DNA of 64,000 bases, taken from contig CM059430.1 in NCBI GenBank assembly GCA_030390025.1, positions 72,974,001 through 73,038,000 on the forward strand. The letters run 5' to 3'. This document shows positions 1 to 10,739 of the stretch, in pieces (position 1 is the stretch's first letter; every line of letters begins with the position of its first letter). The stretch is from Squalus acanthias. Lineage: Eukaryota. The notes below the pieces were generated by a model. It saw only the letters and a program-made list of their open reading frames with translations, searched no databases and was not told where the DNA came from. A program made the position numbers and the translations under genes.

Positions 1-158
1 TCCTGCGGATGCGTTTGATCTGTCAAGCGCTTTCTTGACAGATCGGAAATGCCGGTTTCCAGCGCCTGCGCAGTATTTGCCTGAAACCGGCATTTCCGAT
101 GTCCTTACGGGTGAGTACACAGCGCATTTCCACGCGTAGGGAACGGAATATCCGGGCC
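1..158. mobile_element. Terminal arm of a palindromic non-autonomous DNA element (MITE, probably PIF/Harbinger type), cut by the window edge
   Basis: Nested inverted repeats (ctgtcaag..cttgacag; atcggaaatgccggt..accggcatttccgat) and terminus ggaatatccgggcc, shared with copies at 30304, 33175 and 56524. Confidence 0.75.
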
Positions 159-520
159 ATAGAATCATAGAATCATGTAGCATTTATCCAATTCCCAATT
201 GAAAGCTACTATTGGATCTGCTTCCATCACCCTACCAGGTACTGCATTCCAGATCATAACAAATCATAGAATTACAGCACAGAAATAGGCCTTTCGGCCC
301 AACCAGTCCATACTGGCATTTATGCTGCCCTTGAGACTCCTCTTCACTTCCTCAACTAAGTCTATCAGAATAATCCTTTATCCCCTTCTCCCTCATAAGC
401 TTATGTAGCTTTCCCTTAAATCCATCCTCACTATTCGCCTCAACGACTACCTGTTGTACAAAGTTCCACATTCTCAGTATTCTCTGTGTAAAGAAGTTTA
501 TTCTGAATTCCCTATTTGAT
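159..520 (-). mobile_element. CR1 LINE 3' end fragments (two tails)
   Basis: catagaatcatagaat tail; minus-strand translation REFRINFFTQRILRMWN...FKGKLHKLM is the CR1 ORF2 C-terminus. Confidence 0.8.
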
Positions 521-523
521 TTC

Positions 524-765
524 TTGCCGAAAGTTGCCTGGGCCCTATGCACTGGAATTCCCTGTCTAAACTTCTCTACCTCTCTACCTCTCTTTCCTCC
601 TATAAGATGCTATTTAAAACCTACCTCTTTCACCAAGCTTTTGGTCATCTGCCCTAATTTCTCCTCTTGTGGTTCGGTGTCAATTTTATTTTCTTATAAT
701 ACTCCTGTGAAGCGCCTACTTTAAAGGCGCTATAAAAATAAAAGTTTAAGTTGTTATTGTTGTTG
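524..765 (+). mobile_element. L2 LINE 3' end fragment
   Basis: aaaacctacctctt...aaaggcgctata...(TTG)n terminus, also seen at 16300-16463 and 38450-38610. Confidence 0.7.
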
Positions 766-3545
766 ACAATCTTAAACTGATGGCGTCTAGATTTGTTGGT
801 TCCCACAAGATTAAACACTCTGTGTTTACTCTATCAAAACCTTTGATAATTTTAAAGACTTCTATTAGGGCACCCCTCAGCCTTCTCTTTGCAAGAGAAA
901 ATAAACCCAGCATGTTCATCCTTTCCTGATTGGTATAACCTCGCAGTTTTGGTGTCATTCTTGTAAATCCTTTTTGCAAGCTCTAAAGTGTCTCCATAGT
1001 CATTTTATAACATGGCAATCAGAATGGTACATAGTACTCCACGTGTGGTCTAACCAAGTATCGGTACAAGTTTAGCATAACTTTTCTACTTTTCAATTCT
1101 ATCCCTCTAGAAATAAAACCCTGTGCTTGGTTTTCTTTTTTATAGCCTTATTAACTTGAGTCAATACTTTTAGTGATATGTGTAATTGTACACCCAGATC
1201 CCTTTGCTGCTCTATCCCACTTAGATGATTATTTTCCAAGTAACATGTGACCACCTTATTTTTCTCACCTAAATGTAATAACTCACGCTTATCTATATTG
1301 AAATTCAGTGGCCAATTGAATGACCATTCTGCAAGTTTATTAATGTCTTGTAATTTGTTGCTATCCTCCTCAGTATTGATTATTCCCCGCCCCCCAATTT
1401 GGTTTCGTCCACAAATGTAAAAATTGTGTTTGGTTCAAAAGTCTAAATCGTTAATTTGCATTGTGAACAATAGTGGTCCCAGCACAGATCCTTGTGTGAA
1501 TTCACTTCCCACCTTCTGCCAATCTGATTAGCTACCCTTTACCTCTACTCAGGGCTTTCTGTCTAGCAGCCATCTAGCTAGCCATTCTTCTACTTCTTCC
1601 CTGAATCTGCATGCTGTGACCTTATCGATTAGTCTATTATGTGGTACTTCATCGAAGGTCTTTTGGAAATCTAGATATATGACATTTACTACATTCCCCT
1701 TCTCTACTCTCTGTGTTACCTCTTCAAAAATTCAATGAGGTTGGTCAAGCAAGACTTAAAATTTTGAAATCCATGCTAAATATTCGTTATTAAATTTTTG
1801 GTTTCTCGGTGATTTTCTATTTTTTCCTTTAGTAGGGATTCGATTACCATTCCTACCCCCACCGATGTATAGCAGATGCATCTATTATACCCTAGACATT
1901 TTCTATCTCTCTTCGTAAATATATGTATGACTTTAGCTATCTGCCAGTCCTCTGGCACTACAACTTTTTTTTACCGAATTAATAAATATGTGTATTAGTG
2001 CCGCTGCTATCTCTTAACCTAAATTCTGTTACAATTGGAGGATGTAATGCATCCCGCCCAGAGGTTTTACCCTCTTTGATTTTGATTAATTTATTAATAG
2101 TTCTCTATTTTTATTTTAAGTGTGTTTATAGCTTTTCTAATCTCATTATCCGAAGTCCTGTACACCTGATCCGTCTTCCTGATAAATGAGGAAGCAAAAT
2201 AATTGCCCTGACATTGCGATCTCCCTGACAGCGTACTCTCAGCGTACGTCGTCGTAATCCTTTTGAAAGGTCCCGCAACTTCTGAGTTTCTGCATGTACT
2301 TGCACATGTGTGAAATCTGGAACTTGCGATGTTTCAATCTAAGGCTTTACAGGTCATCCGAACCACATTGAAAATCAGTATTGCTGTCGTAGATTGGGGC
2401 TATTTGCCAAACAACTGCCCAGAAATTGCCCACGAGACTCTTACAGCTTGTAGAATCAGGCATACAACCTGCTTTCATCAGTTTAACGATGTACATAAGC
2501 ATTACATTAAACATTTACAACTCAAAAATGATGCAGATACACTTTATATTAGTTTCTACAAATATTGTCCCGGATTAAGATGATTAAAATTATTTATTGA
2601 AAAAATAAATGTTTATTGAGTTTGGTGCAATGTATGGACTTTTGAATAAAATTGAAATTCAATGCCTTTATCATCATTAGCATTCTGTAATTTATATAAT
2701 TATTTAGGGATTCCATTGCGTATCATTAGGGGATACCCTTTATAAATAATTGCAATGGAATCCTTCTTTGTGATTTGAGGACTCGGCCTATGTTATTTTA
2801 GATAAGCTTCGGAACTGCCTCCGTCCATGGGATCCGTGGGCCGTTCTGCTGCCGTACAACTGGAGTCACGGCCTTGCAATTCTACGTAGCCTGGGCGCCT
2901 GCAGATAGGCGCGTAAATGTTTTCCAGGTTGGAGGCGTAATCCGGAGGTACACCTCCGACCGCAATATCCAGTCCATCAATTTGTGTTCTGCCATTTTGC
3001 TATCGCTACCTATGATGTTATCCGTCCATCCTTTAGTGGTCCTATTCGCATCGGACTTTCCTTTTTTTTATTTATGTGCCTGTAAAATATTTTTCTATTT
3101 TGTTTCATGTTCCATAATAATTTAATTTCATAGATCCTCCTTTCCTTCCTAATTGATTATTTTGACTTCTCTCCTAATCTCTTTGCATGGTCCCTTATCA
3201 TGCTTTACCCTGCTCCCTTTATCCTTAGTGTACGTTTATTTCCTTGGCCACAATTCTTCTCTTGTGTCTTTATGAATCCATGGTGTTTCAACAGCATTTA
3301 GATTTTTCTTGATTTTTTAAAAATAATGTATTTTTACTGGACTCTGTTGAACACCGTTTTAAATGTTTCCCATTGCTGTTCGACATTGTTTGCTGATATT
3401 GCTGTCAATTTTATTTTCCCAAGATCTATTCTCAACGCCTCAAAATCAGCTTTTTTTCCAATCTATTACCTTGGTCTTTGTCATGCTTATCTCCTTCTCA
3501 ATTATTATCTTCAACCGTATTTTAAAATAACAACTTATTTAATGG
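766..3545 (-). mobile_element. Decayed CR1 LINE ORF2, interrupted by a MITE at 2205-2975
   Basis: Minus-strand fragments LGLFSLAKRRLRGALIEVFKI and PEDWQIAKVIHIFTKRDR with many stops and frameshifts. Confidence 0.85.
2205..2975. mobile_element. Degenerate MITE with AT-rich core inserted in CR1
   Basis: Imperfect termini gccctgacattgcg / cgcaatatccagtcc with att/atc flanks; GC-rich arms around an AT-rich centre; CR1 sequence resumes on both sides. Confidence 0.55.
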
Positions 3546-4920
3546 ACGATTGGGTGACTGCTTCCTCCCTCCCTCATGTTACTTCTCCTCCTTGTCCTAT
3601 TCCTGCTCGTCCACTTCTGCCTCGTCCTTCTCCTGCGGTAGTCTCACAATCCCTGCCGGCAAGGGCTGGGCCCTCATGATGGCCAATTTTTGGAGCATGC
3701 GGCAGACCACCGCAAAATGGGTCACCCGCTCTGGCAAGTTGTGGAGGGCTCCTCCCGAGCGGTCAAGGCAGCAGAACTGTTGCTTCAGTAAACCGATGGT
3801 CTGCACGATGATGTTCCTTGCGGCAGCATGACTCTCATTATATGAGAGCTGGGCACGACACTTGTGGCTGCAGAGGGGAGTCATGAGCCAGGTGGGGAGC
3901 GGATAGCCCGTGTCTCCGAGCAGCCACCCTCGAGCCTGATGTGGTGGCTGCAAGAGTGCCGTCACACCTGTCTTGCGCAGGATGAAGGCAATCGTGGCTT
4001 CTTCCTGGACAGTGGGCATTGGCATTAAGATTTAACTGAAACTGGTCGCACTCCAACTGCACCTGAATTAATAGTAGCCTTTGCAGTTAGGGAAGACCTC
4101 AGGATTGTTATGTGGTGCCTGCAAAGCCACGTAGGTGCAGTCGATGGCGCCGTGCACCATGGGGCAGCCTGCCATCCTGGCTTAGCCAATTGCATGCTCG
4201 TCCTGCTTCTTTCTGTGATTCGGAAGCCAATGTCGTTACTTCCCCTGCTGTAGAGAGCCTCAGTAACCTCCTGGATGCAGCGATGGATGGCAAAGTTTGA
4301 GATGCTAAATATGTCTCCTGTTGCTGACTGGAAGTAACCGCTGGCGAAGAAATTCAGGGCCACAGTGACCTTAACTGCCATTGTTCAGAGCCGTGGTCGC
4401 CGTCGTCAGAGGCTGGAGATCTGGTTGCAGGAGGTTGCAGAGTTCTGCGGACACCTCCTTGGTGAAGCGAAGGCTTCTAATACACTGTTCTTCGCTTATT
4501 TAAAGGTAGTAGAATGCTCTCGGAATACCCTTGGAGCAAGGCCTCCTGGTGAGAGCCCTGAAGGCACTCCTCCTCCCTCTGTGCAAATGTTTCCATATGT
4601 CTCTTTGCCTATGCTCCCTCCACCATAGATCCTGGAGGGTGAAGTGGCATGCCAGTACAGCCCCCATTAATGTTATCAAGTGTAGCACTTCGAATCATTG
4701 AAAAGTAAAAGTAGCTAATTTTCAGTTGCCTGCAGACTCCTGATACAAAAACACCTTGAAATTACTGAATGAACCTGTTGCAGTGGGTGAAACTAACAAA
4801 AAATCACTGCAACTAAACTAACCTGACAGCTGCGAGTGATTACTGATGATCACTTTAAATAAGGTGCCTTGACCAGGCTTCCTGGTGCTGCAAGCCAGCT
4901 CTCCCTGTCGGTGTTAAACA

Positions 4921-5009
4921 AAAATGAGAAGTCGCACAACACCAGGTTATAGTCCAACAGTTTTATTTGAAATCACGAGCTTTCGGAGCGCTGCTCCTTC
5001 GTCAGGTAA
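4921..5009 (-). mobile_element. 89-bp Penelope-like element terminal fragment with 11-bp target-site duplication
   Basis: Flanked by ggtgttaaaca (4910-4920) and ggtgttaacca (5010-5020); minus strand reads CTGACGAAGGAGCAGCGCTCCGAAAGCTCGTG...GGACTATAACCTGGTGTTGTG. Confidence 0.7.
4973..5009 (-). ncRNA. Minimal type I hammerhead ribozyme motif (Penelope type)
   Basis: UUAC-CUGACGA-A-GGAGC(AGC)GCUCC-GAAA-GC-UC-GUGA: CUGANGA and GAAA core boxes, stem II, vestigial palindromic stem III, short stem I. Confidence 0.65.
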
Positions 5010-5093
5010 GGTGTTAACCAAGGCACTGAGGTAAGTGGCGAGAATGAATTTAGCAAATCGAGCGGTCAGTGAGCATTCCACACTCACTGATTC

Positions 5094-6148
5094 CATAGAA
5101 ACATAGGAACATAGAAGATAGGAGCAGGAGTAGGCCATTCGGCCACACAAGCCTGCTCCGCCATTCGATGAGATCATGGCTGATCATCCAGTCTCAGTAC
5201 CCTGTACCTGCCTTCTCCCCATATCCCTTGATACCTTTAGCTTTAAGAAATAAATCTAACTCATTCTTGAATATATTTAATGACTTGGCGTCAACTACCT
5301 TCTGTGGTAGAGAATTCCACTGTTTCACCACTCTGTGGGTGAAGAAATTCTTCCTCATTTCTGTCCTAAATGGCTTACCCTTTATCCTTAGATTTTGACC
5401 CCTGGTTATGGACTGTCCGAACATCAGGAACATTCTTCCTGCATCTAGTTTGTCCAGACCTGTCAGAGTTGTATATGTTTCGAGGTGATCCCCTTTCATT
5501 CTTCTATACTCCAGCGAGTATAAGCCCAATCGACCCAATCTCTCCTCATATTTCATTCCTGCCATCCCAGGTATCAGCCTTGTGAATCTTCGCTGATCTC
5601 CTTCCATGGCAAGAGCATCCTTCCTCAGATAAGTTGAACAAAACTGCACACAGTTCTCAAGGTGTGGTCTCACCAAGGCCCTGCACAACTACAGCAGGAC
5701 TTCCCTGTTCCGATACTCAAACCCTTTCGCTATGAAGGCCAACATACCTTTTGCCTTCTTCACCGCCTGCTGCACCTGCATGCTTACCTTCAGCGACTGG
5801 TGCACAAGGACACCCAGGTCTCGTTGCACTTCCCCTTCGCCCAATCTATTGCTATTCAGATAATAGTCTGCCTTTCTGTTTTTGACACCAAAGTTGATAA
5901 ACTCGCATTTATCCACGTTATATTGCATCTGCCACGCTTCTACCCACTCACCCAACCTGTCGAAATCATCCAGGAGTTTCTCAGTATCCTCCTCGCAGCA
6001 CACACGCCGACCCAGCTTTGTGTCATCTGCAATCTTGGAGATATTACATTTAGTTCCCTTATCTAGATCATTAATGAATATTGTGAATAGCCTGGGTCAA
6101 AGGACCGAACACTGCGGTACCTCACTAGTCACTGCCTGCCACTTGGAA
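5094..6148 (-). mobile_element. 5'-truncated CR1 LINE inserted into the Harbinger remnant
   Basis: ORFs 5194-5688 and 5689-6003 encode the CR1 RT C-terminus (QMQYNVDKC, LVRPHLENCVQF, NFFTHRVVKQWNSLP); catagaaacatagg tail at 5094. Confidence 0.9.
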
Positions 6149-6359
6149 TCCACAATCTACTTGGCGTGGACGTTCCCGGCAATACCTCCTACCGGCGGTG
6201 CTACGGGAGTGGTGGGGGGTGGGGGTGGGGGGCGGGTCGGGGCGGATTTGGCGTGCGGTGCTGGATTTGCCTCGCTCGGCCGATACTGGTCTAGTGCCCC
6301 ATTAGTGCCATCTACTGGCACTAACTGGAGGTGCTAAGGGGACGAATTCGCCCCTCCTC

Positions 6360-6698
6360 TTTCAAAGTAACGTTTACATTTCATAACTTTCCACACAGTG
6401 CACTGTATTTGTTTCGAAGTGGAAATTATGAGTAGTGATTTGGAATCCCACAACAAAAGATAAAATTGTAAGTATTTTAATGGTTGTAGTAATGAAGTAA
6501 TGTAGTAATTTAAATGATTGAAAGGAAATCTGTTTTCTGATTTGAGGACCAGGCCCACGTGATCCCAGGTACGCTTCCGCCCAGGCTGCGTCCCTGAGAT
6601 CCGTGGTCCTCCTACTCATCGGGTCAGTTGGTGCATTTTGTTTTCGCAGGTCATGCGGCATACTCCGGAGGTTCACTGCCAACATCAATTTTTGGCCC
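6360..6698. mobile_element. Partial MITE (AT core plus right arm)
   Basis: Arm ggcccacgtgatcccaggtacgcttcc resembles 30860-30920; ends tcaatttttggccc|att, like the copy ending at 22751. Confidence 0.55.
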
Positions 6699-6699
6699 A

Positions 6700-7520
6700 T
6701 TGTGCACACTGCTGTCCGAGGAGTTTTACCAATTTTTTTAATAGCGGTTCTACTCAGTTTTATTTTTACCGACTTTTTACGCTCTTGTTCTATAACTCTA
6801 ATTATTCGCTCGCCACTTATGTCTTACTATAGTTTAGTCTGCCCTCTGCTCTCCTTTCCTTTTTCGTTCATATATAGGCTTGTTTAATTTTTATAGATAC
6901 CTCCTTACTAGTCTTACTAGTTTAAAGTCTTTGCCAAATTCCTAGTGACTTTTTCCACTAGAACACTGGTCCCATTCCGGTTCAGGGGGAGCCCGTCTTA
7001 TCGGTACAACTCCATCCTGTCCAAGTCCTGGTAAGAAAATGAACCGCTCTTCCCCACTGCAGCCCTTTAGCCACGTGAATCTCTCTGTCTCTATGACAAT
7101 TTCCACTGGTTTGTGTATTAATACTGAGAATATTGCTCTCTAAGTTCTACTATTTAATTTAGCTCCTACCTCCTGATACTCCCTCAGCAGGACTTCCTCT
7201 CTGATCTTACTTATGTTGTTTGTTCCAACATGGACCAAGCAGCTAGATTATCCCTTTCCACATTCCTCTCCAGCCGCCTCAAGATATGCCTTACCCAGCA
7301 GGCAACATAACCTTCGGAACTCTCGTTCATGGCTGCAGAGGACACGACCTATCCCCCTAATTAAAGAATCCCCTGTCACTACCACATGTCTATTCTGTTC
7401 TTTGCCCCCACCACCCCACCTTGGACAGCCTTCTGAGCCACGGAGGCTTGGTCTGCATTGCTTCTGTCCTCCCCACAGTTTTGTCTCCTTGTCCTCACAG
7501 GTAGCATATAAAAAATCTAA
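6700..7520 (-). mobile_element. Decayed CR1 5' region (ORF1 esterase-like part and ORF1/ORF2 junction)
   Basis: Similar to 44250-44950 (cccagcaggcaacataaccttcggaactctcg; ttcaggggggagcccgtc). Confidence 0.65.
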
Positions 7521-7529
7521 GCTCCCCTC

Positions 7530-8765
7530 TGGTTATGTTGCCAATTATCGTAAATCTTCGAACTCTGGTTACCGACCATCCTGTCACTGGAAACAGTTTC
7601 TCATTTAATCTGTAAAACCCTCATTAATTTGAACACCTCTATTGAATCTCCTCTAAACCTGCTCTGCTATTTTTTATTCATTCACGGGATGTGAGCGTCG
7701 CTGGCAAGGCCGGTCTTTATTGCCCATCCCTAATTGCCCTTGTGATGGTGGTGAGCCGCCTTCTTGATCCACTGCAGTCATTGTGGAGAAAGTACTCACG
7801 CAGTGCTGTTAGCGAGGGAGTTCCAGGATTTTATCCCAGCTACAATGAACGATGAAGGAACGGCGATATATTTCCCAGTCAGGATGGTGTGTAACTTGGA
7901 GGGGAATTTGCAGGTGATGATGTTCCCATGCGCCTGCTGCACTCGTCCTTCTAGGTGCTAGAGGTCGTGGGTTTGGGAGGTGCTGCCGAAAAAGTTTTAG
8001 CGAGTTGCTGCAGTGCATCTTGTAAATGGTACACACTGCAGCCATGGTGCGCCGCTGGTGATGATTCTGTGAGTATGAATATGTCAGGCTTTTGCTTGAC
8101 TAGTCTGTGGGACAGCTCTCCCAATTTTGGCAAAAGTCCACAGATGTTAGTGAGGAGGACGTTGCAGGGTGGACTGGGCTGGGTGTGCCATTGATCGTGT
8201 CGGAAACCGGTGCCTAGGTCGATGCCGGTGGTCCGTCCGGTTTCATTCTTATTATTGCTTTTCGTAGCAGTTGTTTATAACTGAGAGGCTTGTTAGGCCA
8301 TTTTAGAGGGCAGTTAAGAGTTGTGGGTATGGAGTCACATTTCGGCCAGACCAGGTAAGGACGGGAGATTTCCTGTCCCTAAAGGACATTAGTGAATCAG
8401 ATGAGTTTTTACGACAAACGGATAGCTTTATGATCACCTTTACTGATACTAGATTTTAATTCCAGATTTATTTAATTCAATTTAATTTTCACATTTCCCA
8501 TGGTGGGATTTGAACTTACCTATCTGAATCATTAATTCAGGCCTCTGGATTACTAGTCCAGTAACATAAACCTCTGTGCTCTAACGAAAACAATCCATGA
8601 TTATCTATTCTCTCCACATAACTGAATTCACTCAGTCCTGGTATCATTCCTGTATTCTCTTCTGCACCCTTCAACGCCTCGACGTTCTTCAAAAGGTGTG
8701 ATGCCCATAATTTGACACAACAGCTGAGGTCTAATCAGCAATTTATAAAAGTTTAGCATAACTTC
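7530..8765 (-). mobile_element. CR1 3' fragment split by the insertion at 7668-8580
   Basis: tttgaacacctctattgaatctcctctaaacctgctctgct...ctaacgaaaacaat joins across the insert into CR1 ORF2 C-terminal sequence. Confidence 0.6.
7668..8580 (-). mobile_element. Internally deleted LINE (CR1/L2 group) with a tRNA-like SINE-type 5' head
   Basis: Head with B-box-like GTTCAAATCC (~8504-8513); APE N-terminus PKLGELSHRLVKQKPDIFILTES fused to C-terminus AAVCTIYKMHCSN; 3' end shared with 31110-32065. Confidence 0.7.
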
Positions 8766-8814
8766 AGAAACATGAGAAAATTAATCGTTTTTAATAATAA
8801 AGAAACGAATAATT

Positions 8815-9160
8815 CTGTCGAGATCGCCTTGAAGCTTCTTCACATCCTCTTCACAACTGACACTGCCACCTAGCTTTGTATCATCAGCAAATTTGGAAAT
8901 GTTACAGTTAGTCCCCTCATCCAAATCATTGATATAGATTGTGAATAGCTGGGGCCCAAGCACCGATCCTTGCGGTACCCCACTAGTCATAGCCTGCCAT
9001 CCTGAAGAAGACCCGTTTATCCCTACTCTTTGTTTTCTGTCAGTTAACCAATTCTCAATCCATGCTAGTATATTACCCTCAATTGCAGGTGCCCTAATTT
9101 TGTTCACCAACCTCTTGTGTGGGACCTAATCGAAGGCCTTTTGAAAATCCAAATACACAT
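8815..9160 (-). mobile_element. CR1 RT core fragment
   Basis: [22 protein letters not shown]...KFADDTK. Confidence 0.9.
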
Positions 9161-9464
9161 TTTCCTCCCTAAATATTAATATTTAATTGAACGTTAATTT
9201 TATTATTGTTCGTGTGATGTGGTAATTTGATAAAATTAAATAAAATCCTTAAATAAAATCTAAAATAAGACAACTTTGCAATTCAATACTTTTATTTAAT
9301 ACTTTATAAAACCGTAGCAAATATTCACGTGTTGCAGTGCTTTTCAAACCAAGTCAGTGCCTAACATTCCGGGGACATATTAATAAATACTTTTTTCAAT
9401 ACAGGGCAAAAAGTTTGATTCAGAGAGAGACACGGTCATTGAAGAGGCTACTATCGCACTACTT

Positions 9465-10165
9465 TCCTGATATGGACCCCATCAGCCTACAATCCTTATA
9501 TGGACCCCATCACCCTACAATACTTATATGGACCACATCACCCCACAATCCTTATATGAACCCTATCACCAAACAATCCTTATATGGACCCCATCAACCT
9601 ACCATACCAACATGGAAGCCATCACCCTACAATCCATATATGGACCTCATCACACTACAATCCTTATATGGACCCCAGCACCCTACAGTATTTATATGGA
9701 TCACATCACCCTACATTACTGATAAGGACCCCATAAACCTACAATCCTTATATGGACCCCATCACCGTACAACACTTATATGGAACCCATCGCCCTACAT
9801 TCCTGATAGGGTCCCATCAACCTACATACCTGATATGGACCCCATCACAATGCATTGCAGATATGGACCCCATCACCTTTCATTCCTGATTTGGTCTCCA
9901 TCAGCCTACAATGCTTTTAAGGATCCCATCTCCCTACATTCCTGATAGGGATCCCATCACCCTACATTCCTGATATGGACCCCATCACCCTACATTGCAG
10001 ATATGGACCCCATCACCTTACATTCCTGATATGGTCTCCCTTCAATCTACAATCCTTGTATGGACCCCATCACTCTACATTCCTGATATGGGCACCATCA
10101 TCCTACAATTCTGATATGGCGCCCCTTGGCTCTGTATTCCTGTTATGGGCCACAATCACAGCATT
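9465..10165. repeat. 28-bp minisatellite, ~25 degenerate copies
   Basis: Consensus about CCTTATATGGACCCCATCACCCTACAAT in direct tandem. Confidence 0.95.
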
Positions 10166-10382
10166 CATAATAAGGAGTCTATCAATTTTATGATCATCAA
10201 CGAATTCCTTTCAGTCAATCATATTGTGTTAGACAAGGTGTGTTAGACAATTACAGATTGGTGAACGGCGACTTGCACAGAGCAAAATACAGTGGCTCCT
10301 GGTTCTATATAATGCAAAATGAACGTCTCGACATCTACTTCTTTAACCCCATCAGCACAGCCCTTGCACTGCTTCCGTGATA

Positions 10383-10453
10383 TTAACTCGTTGCTTTTCC
10401 AGAGTTGGTTAAATCGGGTGCAACTGATGTCAGGTTCTCAGCTGGTTTTATGG
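10383..10453 (-). other. Candidate terminal exon of gene A (now 3' UTR; vestigial cytoplasmic coding frame)
   Basis: Strong acceptor tctttcttctttttaatag| at 10454; phase-1 frame reads AIKPAENLTSVAPDLTNSGKATS*; possible AATAAA at 9296-9291. Confidence 0.45.
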
Positions 10454-10739
10454 CTATTAAAAAGAAGAAAGATTTCAGAATGAACCGGTGCTTAAATAAA
10501 GTGAGCACTAAATCCCACAGCAGTATTTCCAGTTAGTTTGAATTAATCTGCTGGCGAGACTCATATTGCCAGGATACAGTTTTCTGGATCAAACCAGGGA
10601 TTAAGAGATCTGGTTTCATTGATGTTTGATTTTCCACTATGTAAAGAAAAAATCTCCCGTAAAAGTGATCACATTAACAGTTCTGAAATATGCACAACAG
10701 CTACAAATAGAAGAAGCTGCATCAGAGGCTGGAAATAGA

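Larger units (their letters stand above)
3548..6355 (-). mobile_element. PIF/Harbinger DNA transposon remnant with a broken HARBI1-like DDE transposase (~3600-4690), split by two later insertions
   Basis: Minus-strand fragments VAVKVTVALNFFASGYFQSATGD, GAIDCTYVA, GWLLGDTGYPLPTWLMTP and YNESHAAARNIIVQTIGLLKQQFCCL; GC-rich subterminal region ending gacgaattcgcccc near 6355. Confidence 0.85.

Noticed and set aside
3597-4688. Domesticated HARBI1 gene
   Set aside because: Frameshifts, stops and nested insertions mark it as a dead transposon copy
9337-10193. Pro/Tyr-rich ORFs up to 202 aa, and a CRISPR-like appearance
   Set aside because: Products of a 28-bp tandem repeat; there are no unique spacers and the context is eukaryotic
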